This document shows, piece by piece, positions 50,305 to 59,951 of a stretch of DNA of 64,000 nt. A model generated the notes under the pieces. That model saw only the letters and a list, made by a program, of their open reading frames with translations, was not told the DNA's origin and searched no databases. Where the stretch lies: the NCBI GenBank assembly GCA_018304465.1, contig JAGVWC010000008.1:32001-96000 (forward strand). The letters run 5' to 3'. The DNA is from Candidatus Iainarchaeum sp. Lineage in GTDB: Archaea > Iainarchaeota > Iainarchaeia > Iainarchaeales > JAGVWC01. Positions within the stretch are counted from its first letter, which is position 1. Every line of letters begins with the position of its first letter. The position numbers and the translations under genes were made by a program.

Positions 50305-53300
50305 ATGATCACGTCCATTCGCATGCATCACTGGCGAAGCCACAAAGACAGCGAGCTTTCATTCGAACGCGGAACCAATGTGATCGTCGGACCCATGGGG
50401 TCTGGCAAGTCCCTTCCATACGGCGAACTTGTACTAGTAAAAAAAAATGGCGCGTGGATAAAAGAGCCCATTGGAAAACTGGTGGAAGAAAGCCTAAATG
50501 CGTCGAAAACTATTCAAACTCTCGGAGAAGATGGGTGTATATCCTTTGAAAACCCTTTGAGTCGCAGTATCCAAACACTGAATCCGGCCACACTTAAAAT
50601 AGAAGAAAAAGAGATTGCCGCCTTCATCAAACACAATGCCCCGCCCAAGCTCCTTAAAATCCGAACCCGCCAAGGAAAACAAATTACAATCACAAAAGAT
50701 CACTCCATGCTTGTTCTATCCGAAGGTGAAGTCTGCCCTGTTCGCGGATCAGATCTAAAAATTGGGACCTTTATCCCCTGCCCAACACGAATGACATTAA
50801 ACTCTACAGAAAACGAACTGTGTAGTCAAGAAATACTGCCAGAATTCAGATCAACAACTTCCATAATGACGGGACTTGCACTAATACAGAACGGTTTTTC
50901 CACTAGACGGGCGTCCGAAACCGTCGGAGTAACAAATTGGACATTAAAAAACTGGCGTAGACGAAAAATGGAACACATCCCCGGATTACTTATTGCCAAG
51001 AACCTAAGCCACGCTATTTCCGAAAAAATTCCGCTTTCGAACGCTTTAGCCCGAATTTGCGGGGCCTATGTATCCGAAGGAATGTGCAAGTTCGACCCTC
51101 AAACAGGAGACTATGTAATTAAAATTACTAATAACGACCAGGCGTTTTTGGACCAAATTAAAAAAGACTGGAAAAACGTTTTCCCCCACGCCCCGATTGG
51201 ACAAACTCAAAATGATCTTGTTATTAATGGAAAAATTGTTAGTGCTCTTTTTCACAGATTGTTCGGCGCAAATGCGGGCACTAAAAAAATCCCGGAATTT
51301 GTTTCACGATTTGATGACGAACAGTTATCTAATTTTCTAAAAATGTACTTTGAAGGCGATGGTTACGTTTCAGCTTCAAAAGTAGAAGTCTCTTGTTCAT
51401 CCAAAAGCAGGCTATTGCTTGATTCGCTTCAAACCAGCATCTCAAGATGGGGAATTATTTCTCGCATACGACCAGTTAAAAGACCGCAAGGCACCTACTA
51501 CGAATTATTTATTTTGCCAAAACACATCCCTATTTTTGCACAACGCGTATCATTTCTAAGTGAACGAAAGCAAACCCAATTATTAGCTCTTGTCAAAGCA
51601 TTGTCCGAACGCAAGCGTTGGAACGGAGTCGACATCGTTCCAAACATTGAAAAAACCCTGAGAAATCTTATCCGCGAATATTCCCTGGGAAAAAGAGAAA
51701 ACCCCGCAATGCGAAAGCTGGCACATCAAATCCAAACCTATTGTACTAAAGAAAAACTAGGGCGCGATAAATTGACACAAATACTTCACAAAATCGTATC
51801 CCAATACCAAACAAAAACATCCGCATTCACAACACTTGAAAAAATACTTCAGGCAGATATCTTCTTTGACGAAATCGTTGAATTGCACGAAATCCCAACA
51901 CCCTCCGAATATGTTTATGACCTTTCTGTAAATGGAACAGAAAACTTTGTCGCAGGACTCGGTAACATACTCACACATAACAGTTCCGTAATGGACTGCA
52001 TTTGCTTCGGATTATTCGGAACATTCCCCAGCCTACAAAGCCGCCGCGTATCCCTCGAAGAAACCATCATGCAAAAACCCTCCGTCGAAGACACCGCCAA
52101 AATCCAGCTTTGCTTTCAACACAACGGTCACGCGTACACCGTCGAGCGCACCGTGTTCAAAACCGGAAAAACAAACCAAGCCAAACTTCTCTGCGACGAA
52201 TCATTGGTCGCCGGCCCAAAACCCACCGAAGTCACCAAAGAAATCGAAAAAATCCTTCAAATCGACTACGACTTGTTCGCGCGCGCGGTGTACAGCGAAC
52301 AAAACCAAATCGATTATTTTCTCCGGTTAACTCCCAAAGAACGCAAAGAAAAATTCGACGAACTCCTTCAAATCCACAAATACGAACACGCCCGACAAAA
52401 CGCGGTGCAACTCACGAACCGATTCAGAAAAAACGTGGCGGACAAACAACGATTCGTTTTAGAACAAAAACAACGGTTTTCCACCGAACGAATCCAGGAA
52501 CTGCAAACCAAAATCACCCAAAAACAAACCGAACACGAAAAACTCAAACAAGAATTCGGTCACGTCACGGAACAATTCAAATCCGCCCAGGAAAAACAAT
52601 CCAGCCTCGAAACCCAAGAACGACAATACCGCGAACTATCCGACCAAATCATCCGGTTATCCACGCAAACCCAATCCATGCAAAAAGAAATCGAAGCCAT
52701 CCAAACAACGGTCATTTCGCGCCCAAAAAACGAACTGGAATCCGACATCAAAACCCTTGAAACCACGCAAACCGATCAAGCGACCCGGGAAAAAATGCTT
52801 TCCGAAGAACTCAAAGGACTCCAAAACCGACTGCTCGCCTTCACCGAAAACATCGGAACCTACAAAGCCATGCAAAAACACGAAACCGACGCCTTGACCA
52901 AAATCTTTTCCATCGACGGCAAATGCCCCACGTGCAAAAAACCCATGGCCGAACACGACAAAGAACAACTGCAAAAAGAAACCGAACAACTACAAATCGA
53001 AATCACGGCCAAAATTCATCTCGAACAGCAAAAACAAGAAGAAACCAAAAGCGTCCAAACCGAACTGGAAAAAAGAAAAACCGAAATCCAAACCAGCCAA
53101 AAGAAAAACGCCGAACAATTATTCACCTTAAAAAAACAAGTGGCCGATCACCAGCAATTAACCCAATTGGAAACCAAAAAACAAGAATGCGAAACCGCGC
53201 TTTTGGCCGCCAAAGAAAAACAATCCAAAAACACGTTCGATGAAAAACAACTCAAAACCCAGCGCGAACAAACCAGCGAACTCAAAGCCAAAAACTATTC

Positions 53301-53952
53301 CCTGCAAAAAGAAATCCAAAGCAACCAAGAACTCGTCCACGAAATGCAACGCCAGCTCGAAGAACTGCACCGATTACAAACCCAAATCGAACAAATCGAA
53401 GCCGAAACCCGACACCAAGAACACCTCGTTGAAAAACTCCAGATTTTCACGAACTGTCTTTCGGCCACCCAAACCCAATTACGCGAACACTTAATCGACG
53501 CCATCAACCAAGCCATGAACGACATCTGGAAACGCGTCTACCCCTACAAGGATTTTGAAACCTGCCGAATGATCATCCAGGAAGGAAGCTACGAACTCAT
53601 GGTAAAAACCCAAAACGGAGAATGGATGCGCGTCGAAGGAATGCTATCCGGCGGCGAACGAAGCGCGGCCGCAATCTGCATCCGACTCGCATTCGCCCTG
53701 GTATTGACGCAAAACCTCGGATGGATCATTCTCGACGAACCCACGCACAACCTGGACCAAGCCGGAGTCCGCGAATTATCCGGAATGCTGCGCGGCCACT
53801 TGCCCGACCTGGTCGAACAAGTATTCGTCATCACGCACGACAAAGAAATGGAAAAAGCCGCCACCGCCACGTTGCACCGGATTGACCGGAACAAAGACGC
53901 GGACGGCGTCAGCACGCCAAGCAAAATAGAAATAATCCGAATCGAAGAATAA
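50305..53952 (+). CDS. rad50: Rad50 ATPase, intein-containing
   Basis: WRSH, GPMGSGK|SS, coiled coil, CPTC zinc hook, LSGGE, ILDEPT, VITHD. Confidence 0.92.
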   Translation: MITSIRMHHWRSHKDSELSFERGTNVIVGPMGSGKSLPYGELVLVKKNGAWIKEPIGKLVEESLNASKTIQTLGEDGCISFENPLSRSIQTLNPATLKIEEKEIAAFIKHNAPPKLLKIRTRQGKQITITKDHSMLVLSEGEVCPVRGSDLKIGTFIPCPTRMTLNSTENELCSQEILPEFRSTTSIMTGLALIQNGFSTRRASETVGVTNWTLKNWRRRKMEHIPGLLIAKNLSHAISEKIPLSNALARICGAYVSEGMCKFDPQTGDYVIKITNNDQAFLDQIKKDWKNVFPHAPIGQTQNDLVINGKIVSALFHRLFGANAGTKKIPEFVSRFDDEQLSNFLKMYFEGDGYVSASKVEVSCSSKSRLLLDSLQTSISRWGIISRIRPVKRPQGTYYELFILPKHIPIFAQRVSFLSERKQTQLLALVKALSERKRWNGVDIVPNIEKTLRNLIREYSLGKRENPAMRKLAHQIQTYCTKEKLGRDKLTQILHKIVSQYQTKTSAFTTLEKILQADIFFDEIVELHEIPTPSEYVYDLSVNGTENFVAGLGNILTHNSSVMDCICFGLFGTFPSLQSRRVSLEETIMQKPSVEDTAKIQLCFQHNGHAYTVERTVFKTGKTNQAKLLCDESLVAGPKPTEVTKEIEKILQIDYDLFARAVYSEQNQIDYFLRLTPKERKEKFDELLQIHKYEHARQNAVQLTNRFRKNVADKQRFVLEQKQRFSTERIQELQTKITQKQTEHEKLKQEFGHVTEQFKSAQEKQSSLETQERQYRELSDQIIRLSTQTQSMQKEIEAIQTTVISRPKNELESDIKTLETTQTDQATREKMLSEELKGLQNRLLAFTENIGTYKAMQKHETDALTKIFSIDGKCPTCKKPMAEHDKEQLQKETEQLQIEITAKIHLEQQKQEETKSVQTELEKRKTEIQTSQKKNAEQLFTLKKQVADHQQLTQLETKKQECETALLAAKEKQSKNTFDEKQLKTQREQTSELKAKNYSLQKEIQSNQELVHEMQRQLEELHRLQTQIEQIEAETRHQEHLVEKLQIFTNCLSATQTQLREHLIDAINQAMNDIWKRVYPYKDFETCRMIIQEGSYELMVKTQNGEWMRVEGMLSGGERSAAAICIRLAFALVLTQNLGWIILDEPTHNLDQAGVRELSGMLRGHLPDLVEQVFVITHDKEMEKAATATLHRIDRNKDADGVSTPSKIEIIRIEE
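50410..51981 (+). mobile_element. intein (524 aa) with LAGLIDADG endonuclease in Rad50 Walker A
   Basis: GSGK|SLPYGE...ILTHN|SSVMD; ITKDHS block B; ICGAYVSEG, FLKMYFEGDG. Confidence 0.95.
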
Positions 53953-53969
53953 AAAAAAGAAAAACGAAT

Positions 53970-54167
53970 TTAGCTTGACGCCGCTTTTCGTTTTCTTTGC
54001 CGGGTAATATATCCGAGCAAAATATTCCGATTGACTTTGGTGAGCGGGATTTTTAATTCGTTAAAAACTTCCTTGTTTTTTTCAAAATCAACGCTGAACT
54101 TGTCATCGAACTGGGAAAGCAAAAATTCGGCTTTCGATTTCAAACCTTTCGGAACCGCCTTGCCCAT
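53970..54167 (-). CDS. rps17e: 30S ribosomal protein eS17
   Basis: MGKAVP...FSVDFEKNK...RNILLGYITR. Confidence 0.9.
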   Translation of the reverse strand: MGKAVPKGLKSKAEFLLSQFDDKFSVDFEKNKEVFNELKIPLTKVNRNILLGYITRQRKRKAASS

Positions 54168-54374
54168 TCATTCACCTTCCGCTTCCAATTCCGATTCCAC
54201 GTATCGACGATGCGAAACCGTCAAAGGAATCGTTTTTTGATGCAATTCTTTTTCGGCAACGTCGATAACGGAAACTACATTACCGGGCTTCACGAACGCC
54301 GGTGCGCCCAACGCCAACTGCAAGGCACGCGCACTGATCAATCGGGTCTCTTCAAAACGGGTTAACTTATCCAT
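54168..54374 (-). CDS. rpoK: RNA polymerase subunit Rpo6 (K)
   Basis: LTRFEETRLISARALQLALGAP, IPLTV. Confidence 0.92.
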   Translation of the reverse strand: MDKLTRFEETRLISARALQLALGAPAFVKPGNVVSVIDVAEKELHQKTIPLTVSHRRYVESELEAEGE

Positions 54375-54488
54375 AATTACAAACTCCACAAAAGTCGAAG
54401 AATATACACTAATAACCAGAAGAAAAATTTTAAAAGGAAACCGAAAAACCAAAAACTCCAATAAACCCTCAAAAAGCCTTAAAATGCG

Positions 54489-56021
54489 TTAAACCGACCA
54501 AAAATGCCAACCCCGCACCAAAGGAGAAGGAATATTATGGGCCTTGGAAAACTCTTTGGCCAACCCAAAACCGCTGGAACCCTGGACGAAAACCGAAGAA
54601 CCCGACAACGGAGAAACCACTTTGTGACCCCGCTTGGAATTGAATTCGAAAAACTTGTCAAGCGCCACCAAACGCACGGATTCCAACGTTTCTCCCAAAG
54701 ACAAGGAAAAAAACCCGGAATTCGAATCCATCAAATGCAACACGAGAAGCGGCGGAAACTCAGCCAACAAACCCGCAACGTCTTTATCAAAAAAATGCGC
54801 AGGAGAACTCCCAAGCAAGTGGAATCCCCGCAAATTATGCGAAGACAACGCTTTGGATTCCTGCAACCGAATTTTTTCTTCCGCCACCAGTTTGCGACGA
54901 TTCAAATCCGAAAATGCATGGGACAAAAACGATTCACGCAAACGACAAAACCAATGCGGCGACGACAATCCCACCCACACCGCGTCACCGGCGGCTTCCA
55001 GTTTATGAGCGTCCGCCATCGGCACTTCCACGATTTCGCCTTCCGAAAAAGGACCAATCGGCGGAAAAACGTAACCGAATTCCTGCCGGCGCTGTTCGCG
55101 GCTTTGCTTATTCGGATGGAAAAGATGAAACGACTGTGAAAACGAAGGAAACGCGGACTCGAAAAAAAATCCGTCAGAAAGCATTCGAACGCGCACCAGG
55201 GAATGCGGCAACAAATTTGAAGCCGCGGCGTTTGGCGGAGCACAACAAGGGCAATCCAATGTTTCAAAACCCAAATTGTAAAATTGCTTGGTGGACAACT
55301 GCGAAACGGTTTTGGAAAAATCAAACTCCGCCGTGTTTTCGAACACGTGCAAGGGAAGCTTTCGCTCCACAAAAGGCCGGATCACGACGGATTTGTGGCG
55401 CTCGGGCAAACGCGACGCCTCAAAAAACAAGTTCTCCAAAAACAATTCTCTTCGGTCAAAATCGGTCTTTGGCAACTGCTCCAAAGAAACCCGCAAAAGA
55501 TTCGAATAAAAAATCGCGGAACAAATCGTCTTGGCCGCCCCTTCGTCTTCGGAAAGCAATTCGCGCAATTCCACGTGCAGATTATTGGACAAAAAACCAA
55601 AACTCGTAAACGGCAGTGAAAACTCCTGCAAGCGACGCGGTTCGTTGGATTCGAACGAAAACTGGTCAAAAAAACTCCACTTGTTCAAGATCAAAAACTG
55701 ACGCACCGGCGAAAGCAACAATACGCGGCTGTCCAAAGAATCCTCCAAGGAACGCTTGAGCTTTTCAAGCAGCGAAAACGACGGAGAAACGATTTTGGTG
55801 GCGGACCCCACATCCTCAAACCAGATCAATCGGCGCTCGGAAGACGCGACCAGCAATTCCACGTCGCTTTGCGAGGCGTCGGTTAACAGAAACGGGAAAA
55901 ACTTGAATTTTTGCGTGGTTTTTTCCGCGCCATTCTCGAATTCCGCCACGATCAAACGGTCTTCCTCTACATAATGTACTCGTGTGAGGAATCTAACCAG
56001 ACTATTGGGAGTCATAGGCAA
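54489..56021 (-). CDS. degenerate (probably inactive) family B DNA polymerase-like protein
   Basis: EFDFS...YNLGFETLDCPCC and HWFC...SFL resemble PolB motif A region; no SLYPS or DTD. Confidence 0.6.
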   Translation of the reverse strand: MPMTPNSLVRFLTRVHYVEEDRLIVAEFENGAEKTTQKFKFFPFLLTDASQSDVELLVASSERRLIWFEDVGSATKIVSPSFSLLEKLKRSLEDSLDSRVLLLSPVRQFLILNKWSFFDQFSFESNEPRRLQEFSLPFTSFGFLSNNLHVELRELLSEDEGAAKTICSAIFYSNLLRVSLEQLPKTDFDRRELFLENLFFEASRLPERHKSVVIRPFVERKLPLHVFENTAEFDFSKTVSQLSTKQFYNLGFETLDCPCCAPPNAAASNLLPHSLVRVRMLSDGFFFESAFPSFSQSFHLFHPNKQSREQRRQEFGYVFPPIGPFSEGEIVEVPMADAHKLEAAGDAVWVGLSSPHWFCRLRESFLSHAFSDLNRRKLVAEEKIRLQESKALSSHNLRGFHLLGSSPAHFFDKDVAGLLAEFPPLLVLHLMDSNSGFFSLSLGETLESVRLVALDKFFEFNSKRGHKVVSPLSGSSVFVQGSSGFGLAKEFSKAHNIPSPLVRGWHFWSV

Positions 56022-56125
56022 TAGAATCCTTTGAGGCGCTTTTAAACTCGGGGAGGCCCGTCATTGCCGGTGATTCGCCGCAGAAAAGGGGAAAAGGATT
56101 TATTCTGTGCAGGTATTTATCTGTA

Positions 56126-57082
56126 ATGCCCCGAAAAATGCTTTTGAGCAATCGACAGCTTCACGCCATCCAAAAAATCGGACTTGCGCCGCTGACCTCG
56201 GTGAATGACTTTGCAAAAAGATTCGGCATCCCCCAAGGCCGATTGCAGACGATGACGATTGGTCGAAAAAAATCATTGTCGTTGGAACACAAACGCACGT
56301 TAACCCGGCGGTTCCGCTCACAGGACAAAAGACATCTTTTGGAACACCCTAAGCTTTGGGCGCTTGGCCGCATTGAGAACCTCGCCCCCACCCACACTAA
56401 CAAAGAAATTACGCGCATTTTAGCGAGCGAAGCACGACAGCGGAATACCCAGAAACCGCAGCAACAGTATACCGCTCCCACCGAGGACACGATTAGAAAC
56501 TACGTCCATCGATTCGAATTGCGCACTCCTGATGAACACTACCAGGCGCTATCCCGGGCGCACCGAAAACGGAGTCCGAATCTCCTCAGTTCCCAAGCCC
56601 GAAGACGCCTCGTTGAAATCGGAAACATATACCTGGCCGAAAGAATAACCAGACCACCGAAAGGGATGGACTTGGACGAACTACTGCAAGAACTGAACAA
56701 GCGTCTTGTGGACGAAGCAATTTATTTCGACCCCAAAAGAACCAACCTGCCGCTCGAAACCGCATGGATTCATTTCATAGAAAAAACCCGAAAAAACTTT
56801 GTCGTCGACGTCCTGCGAAGACACGGTCCCGTGACAAGAGGCGGAAACCAACGGCGGCCCAGACCGGCGCCAAACTATTCGAAATCCATGCGTGTTCTGC
56901 GCAAACCCGCAGCACTGCCCGAAATCCGTTTTCGAGAGCCTCTCACAACCCAAGAACGCAAAGTATTCGACCTGCTCTTGGATGGATTCCTTCAGAAAGA
57001 AATCGCCAAAAAACTCGGGCTTGGTCCCTCTCGCATCAGCAAGATTGTACGGTCTTTACGCGAAAACATTCGCGTAGAATAA
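56126..57082 (+). CDS. sigma-70/ECF-like protein with N-terminal extension
   Basis: region-2-like DLDELLQE...YFDPKR...WIHFIEKTRKNFVVDVLRR; region-4/LuxR HTH LTTQERKVFDLLLDGFLQKEIAKKLGLGPSRISKI. Confidence 0.7.
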   Translation: MPRKMLLSNRQLHAIQKIGLAPLTSVNDFAKRFGIPQGRLQTMTIGRKKSLSLEHKRTLTRRFRSQDKRHLLEHPKLWALGRIENLAPTHTNKEITRILASEARQRNTQKPQQQYTAPTEDTIRNYVHRFELRTPDEHYQALSRAHRKRSPNLLSSQARRRLVEIGNIYLAERITRPPKGMDLDELLQELNKRLVDEAIYFDPKRTNLPLETAWIHFIEKTRKNFVVDVLRRHGPVTRGGNQRRPRPAPNYSKSMRVLRKPAALPEIRFREPLTTQERKVFDLLLDGFLQKEIAKKLGLGPSRISKIVRSLRENIRVE

Positions 57083-57083
57083 G

Positions 57084-59180
57084 TTACAAAAACGCTTCCA
57101 CTTCGGATTCCGCTTCGGCTTGCCCCGCTTCAAAAGCCCGACACGCTTCTTCGAGCGTGGTTTCGTGCTTCGATGGTGCCGAATTGTTTTTGCGGACCTT
57201 GAAAAACATCGGATAATTCACGGCGTCCCCGACAATCAACGCTTCTCCGACGCGAAGCGACGTGATCATGCGCTCGGACTGCGCGTCGATCCCTTCCGAG
57301 GACTCCCCGATGTGCTTCAAATCATACGGATTCGTGATCCGCAAAATCACGTGGGTTCCGCAGTTGGCAAGCGCAGTTGTCGACAAATTAATCGGCCGCT
57401 GCGACACCAAACACAAAGACGCGCCGAACTTTCGCCCTTCACGCGAAATCGTTTCGATAATCCGCTTTGAAATCGCGTACTCTTCTTTTGCCTTTTCGGG
57501 ACTGAATTGATGGGCTTCCTCGATCACGAGCAAAAACGGAGGCACCGATTTCTTGACCCGGCCAAAAAACAGTTTCTTGGCAAAAAAACCGACGATCACC
57601 TGCTTTTTTTTCATGTCCACGACATCCGACAAATCCACGACCGTCAACTGTCCTGGCTTGGTCATGTCCGAAATAGAAGGCAAATCCGTTTTCGAAAACA
57701 ACGACATGTCTTCCAACGTCATGATCCACGACAACAAAATCTTCTGAGTCTCGCTTTTCATCTCCTTGTCGGAAAGAATCGACTGTTTGACCGCCGTAAA
57801 ATCAAACGGCCCCATTCCCGAACGCATTTCTCCTGACAAAGAAGACAAAATCTTCTTCAATTCGCGCTGCTGCGGTGACGACAAACCCGACACCATTGAT
57901 GCGATCAAACCCACGTCCAGATGCGGAACCCCTAACCGCACGTCACGCCCTTTAATGACCCGGGTTTTGGACGAATAATCCACACCGTTTTTCGGAGCCG
58001 GCTCCGCAAAATTCGTATACTCGCCATGCGGATCCATGACAATGACCGCCAGACGGCCCTGCTCGGGTTTTCGCGAAATCACTTCCTCGATAATGGTTTT
58101 GACACAGACACTGTTATGAACGACTATTTTATTCGCGACAAAATTCAGATGCTCCGTTGACAAGTCATAAACAAACTGAGCCGTTGCAGGCACCCACAAA
58201 ATTTTTTCTACAAGATCAAAAAATGTACCAATTTCTGATTTTCTTTTCAGAACAGTAAAGGCACTGTTTTCGGAAACGCTTGGCACCAACAGGTCGCCCC
58301 CAATTCTTTTTTTTTCCAAAATGCCCAAACAACGAGTCTCCGTCGTGAGGTTTTGCGCCTGAGTCCATGTTAAACCCGCCTTGCTCCAAACAGGGAAAAG
58401 ATGTTCAGGAGTCGCTTCCACACACCGACCAGACTGAAAAGAAACCTGTACAATATAGGAAGGAGCATGTCTACGCATAAATGCAAGCACTTTACTTTTA
58501 CAAATAGTCATATTTTTATCGATTGAAAAAACATATTGGTCTGAAACAGATGGATATGCAATCTGCACACCCCCTTCTTCCACGAAACCCCTTTCAATCT
58601 GTTCATCCACTAACTTTCCAATTGGAACTTCGGTTCCATCTGCCAACCAAACCCGCGAAGACCCTTCCAAGCATTTACCCGAACCGCTCATCGCAAGGAT
58701 CGCAAGGTGTTTTTTCAGCAGACGACTCATGGACAAACGCACCGGCAACGCGTGATTTTCGATTTCGCCTAAGCGCAAACCGTTTTCCAGATCAAACCCC
58801 AAAAACGACTGGAGCTTGTCCGGCGTCGCGACCCGAACCCGGCTGCCTGGACTCGGCGGATACGTGGAACGCTTGACCAACCCATGGTCAAAAACCCCTA
58901 ACGGCCGGGTTTGACCGATCAAATATTCCCATTCGGTCGTCGGAAACTGTTCCAGCATCTTTTTTCCGCTGGACTCGAATTCTTTTACCGAATCGGGTCG
59001 TTCAAAATAACGGTTGGTTTTGAAAACATTGGTGACCAACGCGATCATGGTGCCTTCCGGATAATCCAATTCCACGAACTGACCCCGGTGCACGGAACCC
59101 TTGGTGACCACAAAATCGACTTCGGTCGGAGAAGGTCCGTTCATGGACGAAACAACGGTTCCGATTTCAGTGTCGGTCAT
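57084..59180 (-). CDS. herA: HerA helicase/ATPase, intein-containing
   Basis: HAS barrel, KHLAILAMSGSGK|S, DPHGEY, IEEAHQF, REGRKFG, VSQRP. Confidence 0.93.
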   Translation of the reverse strand: MTDTEIGTVVSSMNGPSPTEVDFVVTKGSVHRGQFVELDYPEGTMIALVTNVFKTNRYFERPDSVKEFESSGKKMLEQFPTTEWEYLIGQTRPLGVFDHGLVKRSTYPPSPGSRVRVATPDKLQSFLGFDLENGLRLGEIENHALPVRLSMSRLLKKHLAILAMSGSGKCLEGSSRVWLADGTEVPIGKLVDEQIERGFVEEGGVQIAYPSVSDQYVFSIDKNMTICKSKVLAFMRRHAPSYIVQVSFQSGRCVEATPEHLFPVWSKAGLTWTQAQNLTTETRCLGILEKKRIGGDLLVPSVSENSAFTVLKRKSEIGTFFDLVEKILWVPATAQFVYDLSTEHLNFVANKIVVHNSVCVKTIIEEVISRKPEQGRLAVIVMDPHGEYTNFAEPAPKNGVDYSSKTRVIKGRDVRLGVPHLDVGLIASMVSGLSSPQQRELKKILSSLSGEMRSGMGPFDFTAVKQSILSDKEMKSETQKILLSWIMTLEDMSLFSKTDLPSISDMTKPGQLTVVDLSDVVDMKKKQVIVGFFAKKLFFGRVKKSVPPFLLVIEEAHQFSPEKAKEEYAISKRIIETISREGRKFGASLCLVSQRPINLSTTALANCGTHVILRITNPYDLKHIGESSEGIDAQSERMITSLRVGEALIVGDAVNYPMFFKVRKNNSAPSKHETTLEEACRAFEAGQAEAESEVEAFL
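58113..58673 (-). mobile_element. mini-intein (187 aa) in HerA Walker A
   Basis: GSGK|CLEGSS...ATPEH...VYDL...NFVANKIVVHN|SVC; no endonuclease motifs. Confidence 0.93.
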
Positions 59181-59319
59181 TTTTTCTTCCCCGCGGATTT
59201 TTTTGTTTTCGAATCGGTTTTCAATTCCTTGCGAATCTTTTCCAGGTCCGATTTTGGATTTCCTTTCAAAAGTGCTTTTTTTCCCGGGATTTTTTTCGAT
59301 GTCATTTTTTGTCTCCGTA

Positions 59320-59940
59320 TCATTTTGGGCGAATTCGTATTTTATACTTGCGCACAAGCGCGTCCCGCTTCGGACGCGAAAAGCTTCGCGCACTGGCCGA
59401 GGCACGCGTTTTTCGCATGCGGTTGCGAAGCGGAGCAGTGATTGGAGAAACCGTTTTCGCCAATTTCAGATATCTTTCCTCGCCCGGAGTCAGAGAAAGC
59501 CGCTCCTGATGAAACGATTTTTCCCGGATACGGTTAATCAATGCCTTTGCCATCAATGGCGACCAACCGTTTTGGCACAGGTAACCCATTCCTAAAACAT
59601 GGGAATAGTTCCCGTGCACGCAATGCGCGAGAAGGCGCTTTCCGCCCAAAAGCCTGTTTATAGTATTGAGCGAATTCAGAAGATCCGCTGACACTTTGCC
59701 GCGCTTAGGCGGAAGATACACCAATTCGATCCCATGCATTTCAAGCGCCTGTTTTTCCTTTCGAAATTTTTCGGTCGACGGTGGCCGAAAAGTCACGACG
59801 CGTTCAATCCCAAGCCGAGACAATACCTCCACATCATTCTTGTCCCGAGGCGTTCCGGAAACAAAAAAATCGAAATCGACCCGGATCAACTGAGTGGAAT
59901 AACCCTTCACAGCCCTAGGAAAACCCTTCGCGTAACCCAT
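59320..59940 (-). CDS. protein-tyrosine/dual-specificity phosphatase-like orphan with basic C-tail
   Basis: SGTP...LGIERVVTFR...GIELVYLP...LLAHCVHGNYS; P-loop Arg absent. Confidence 0.7.
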   Translation of the reverse strand: MGYAKGFPRAVKGYSTQLIRVDFDFFVSGTPRDKNDVEVLSRLGIERVVTFRPPSTEKFRKEKQALEMHGIELVYLPPKRGKVSADLLNSLNTINRLLGGKRLLAHCVHGNYSHVLGMGYLCQNGWSPLMAKALINRIREKSFHQERLSLTPGEERYLKLAKTVSPITAPLRNRMRKTRASASARSFSRPKRDALVRKYKIRIRPK

Positions 59941-59951
59941 TCAATCCACCC

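Noticed and set aside
59181-59405. 75-aa basic N-terminal extension of HerA in the ORF track
   Set aside because: Overlaps the phosphatase-like gene; HerA homology starts at MTDTEIG with an RBS-like GGGGAAG upstream, so it is not counted in the basic-tag cohort
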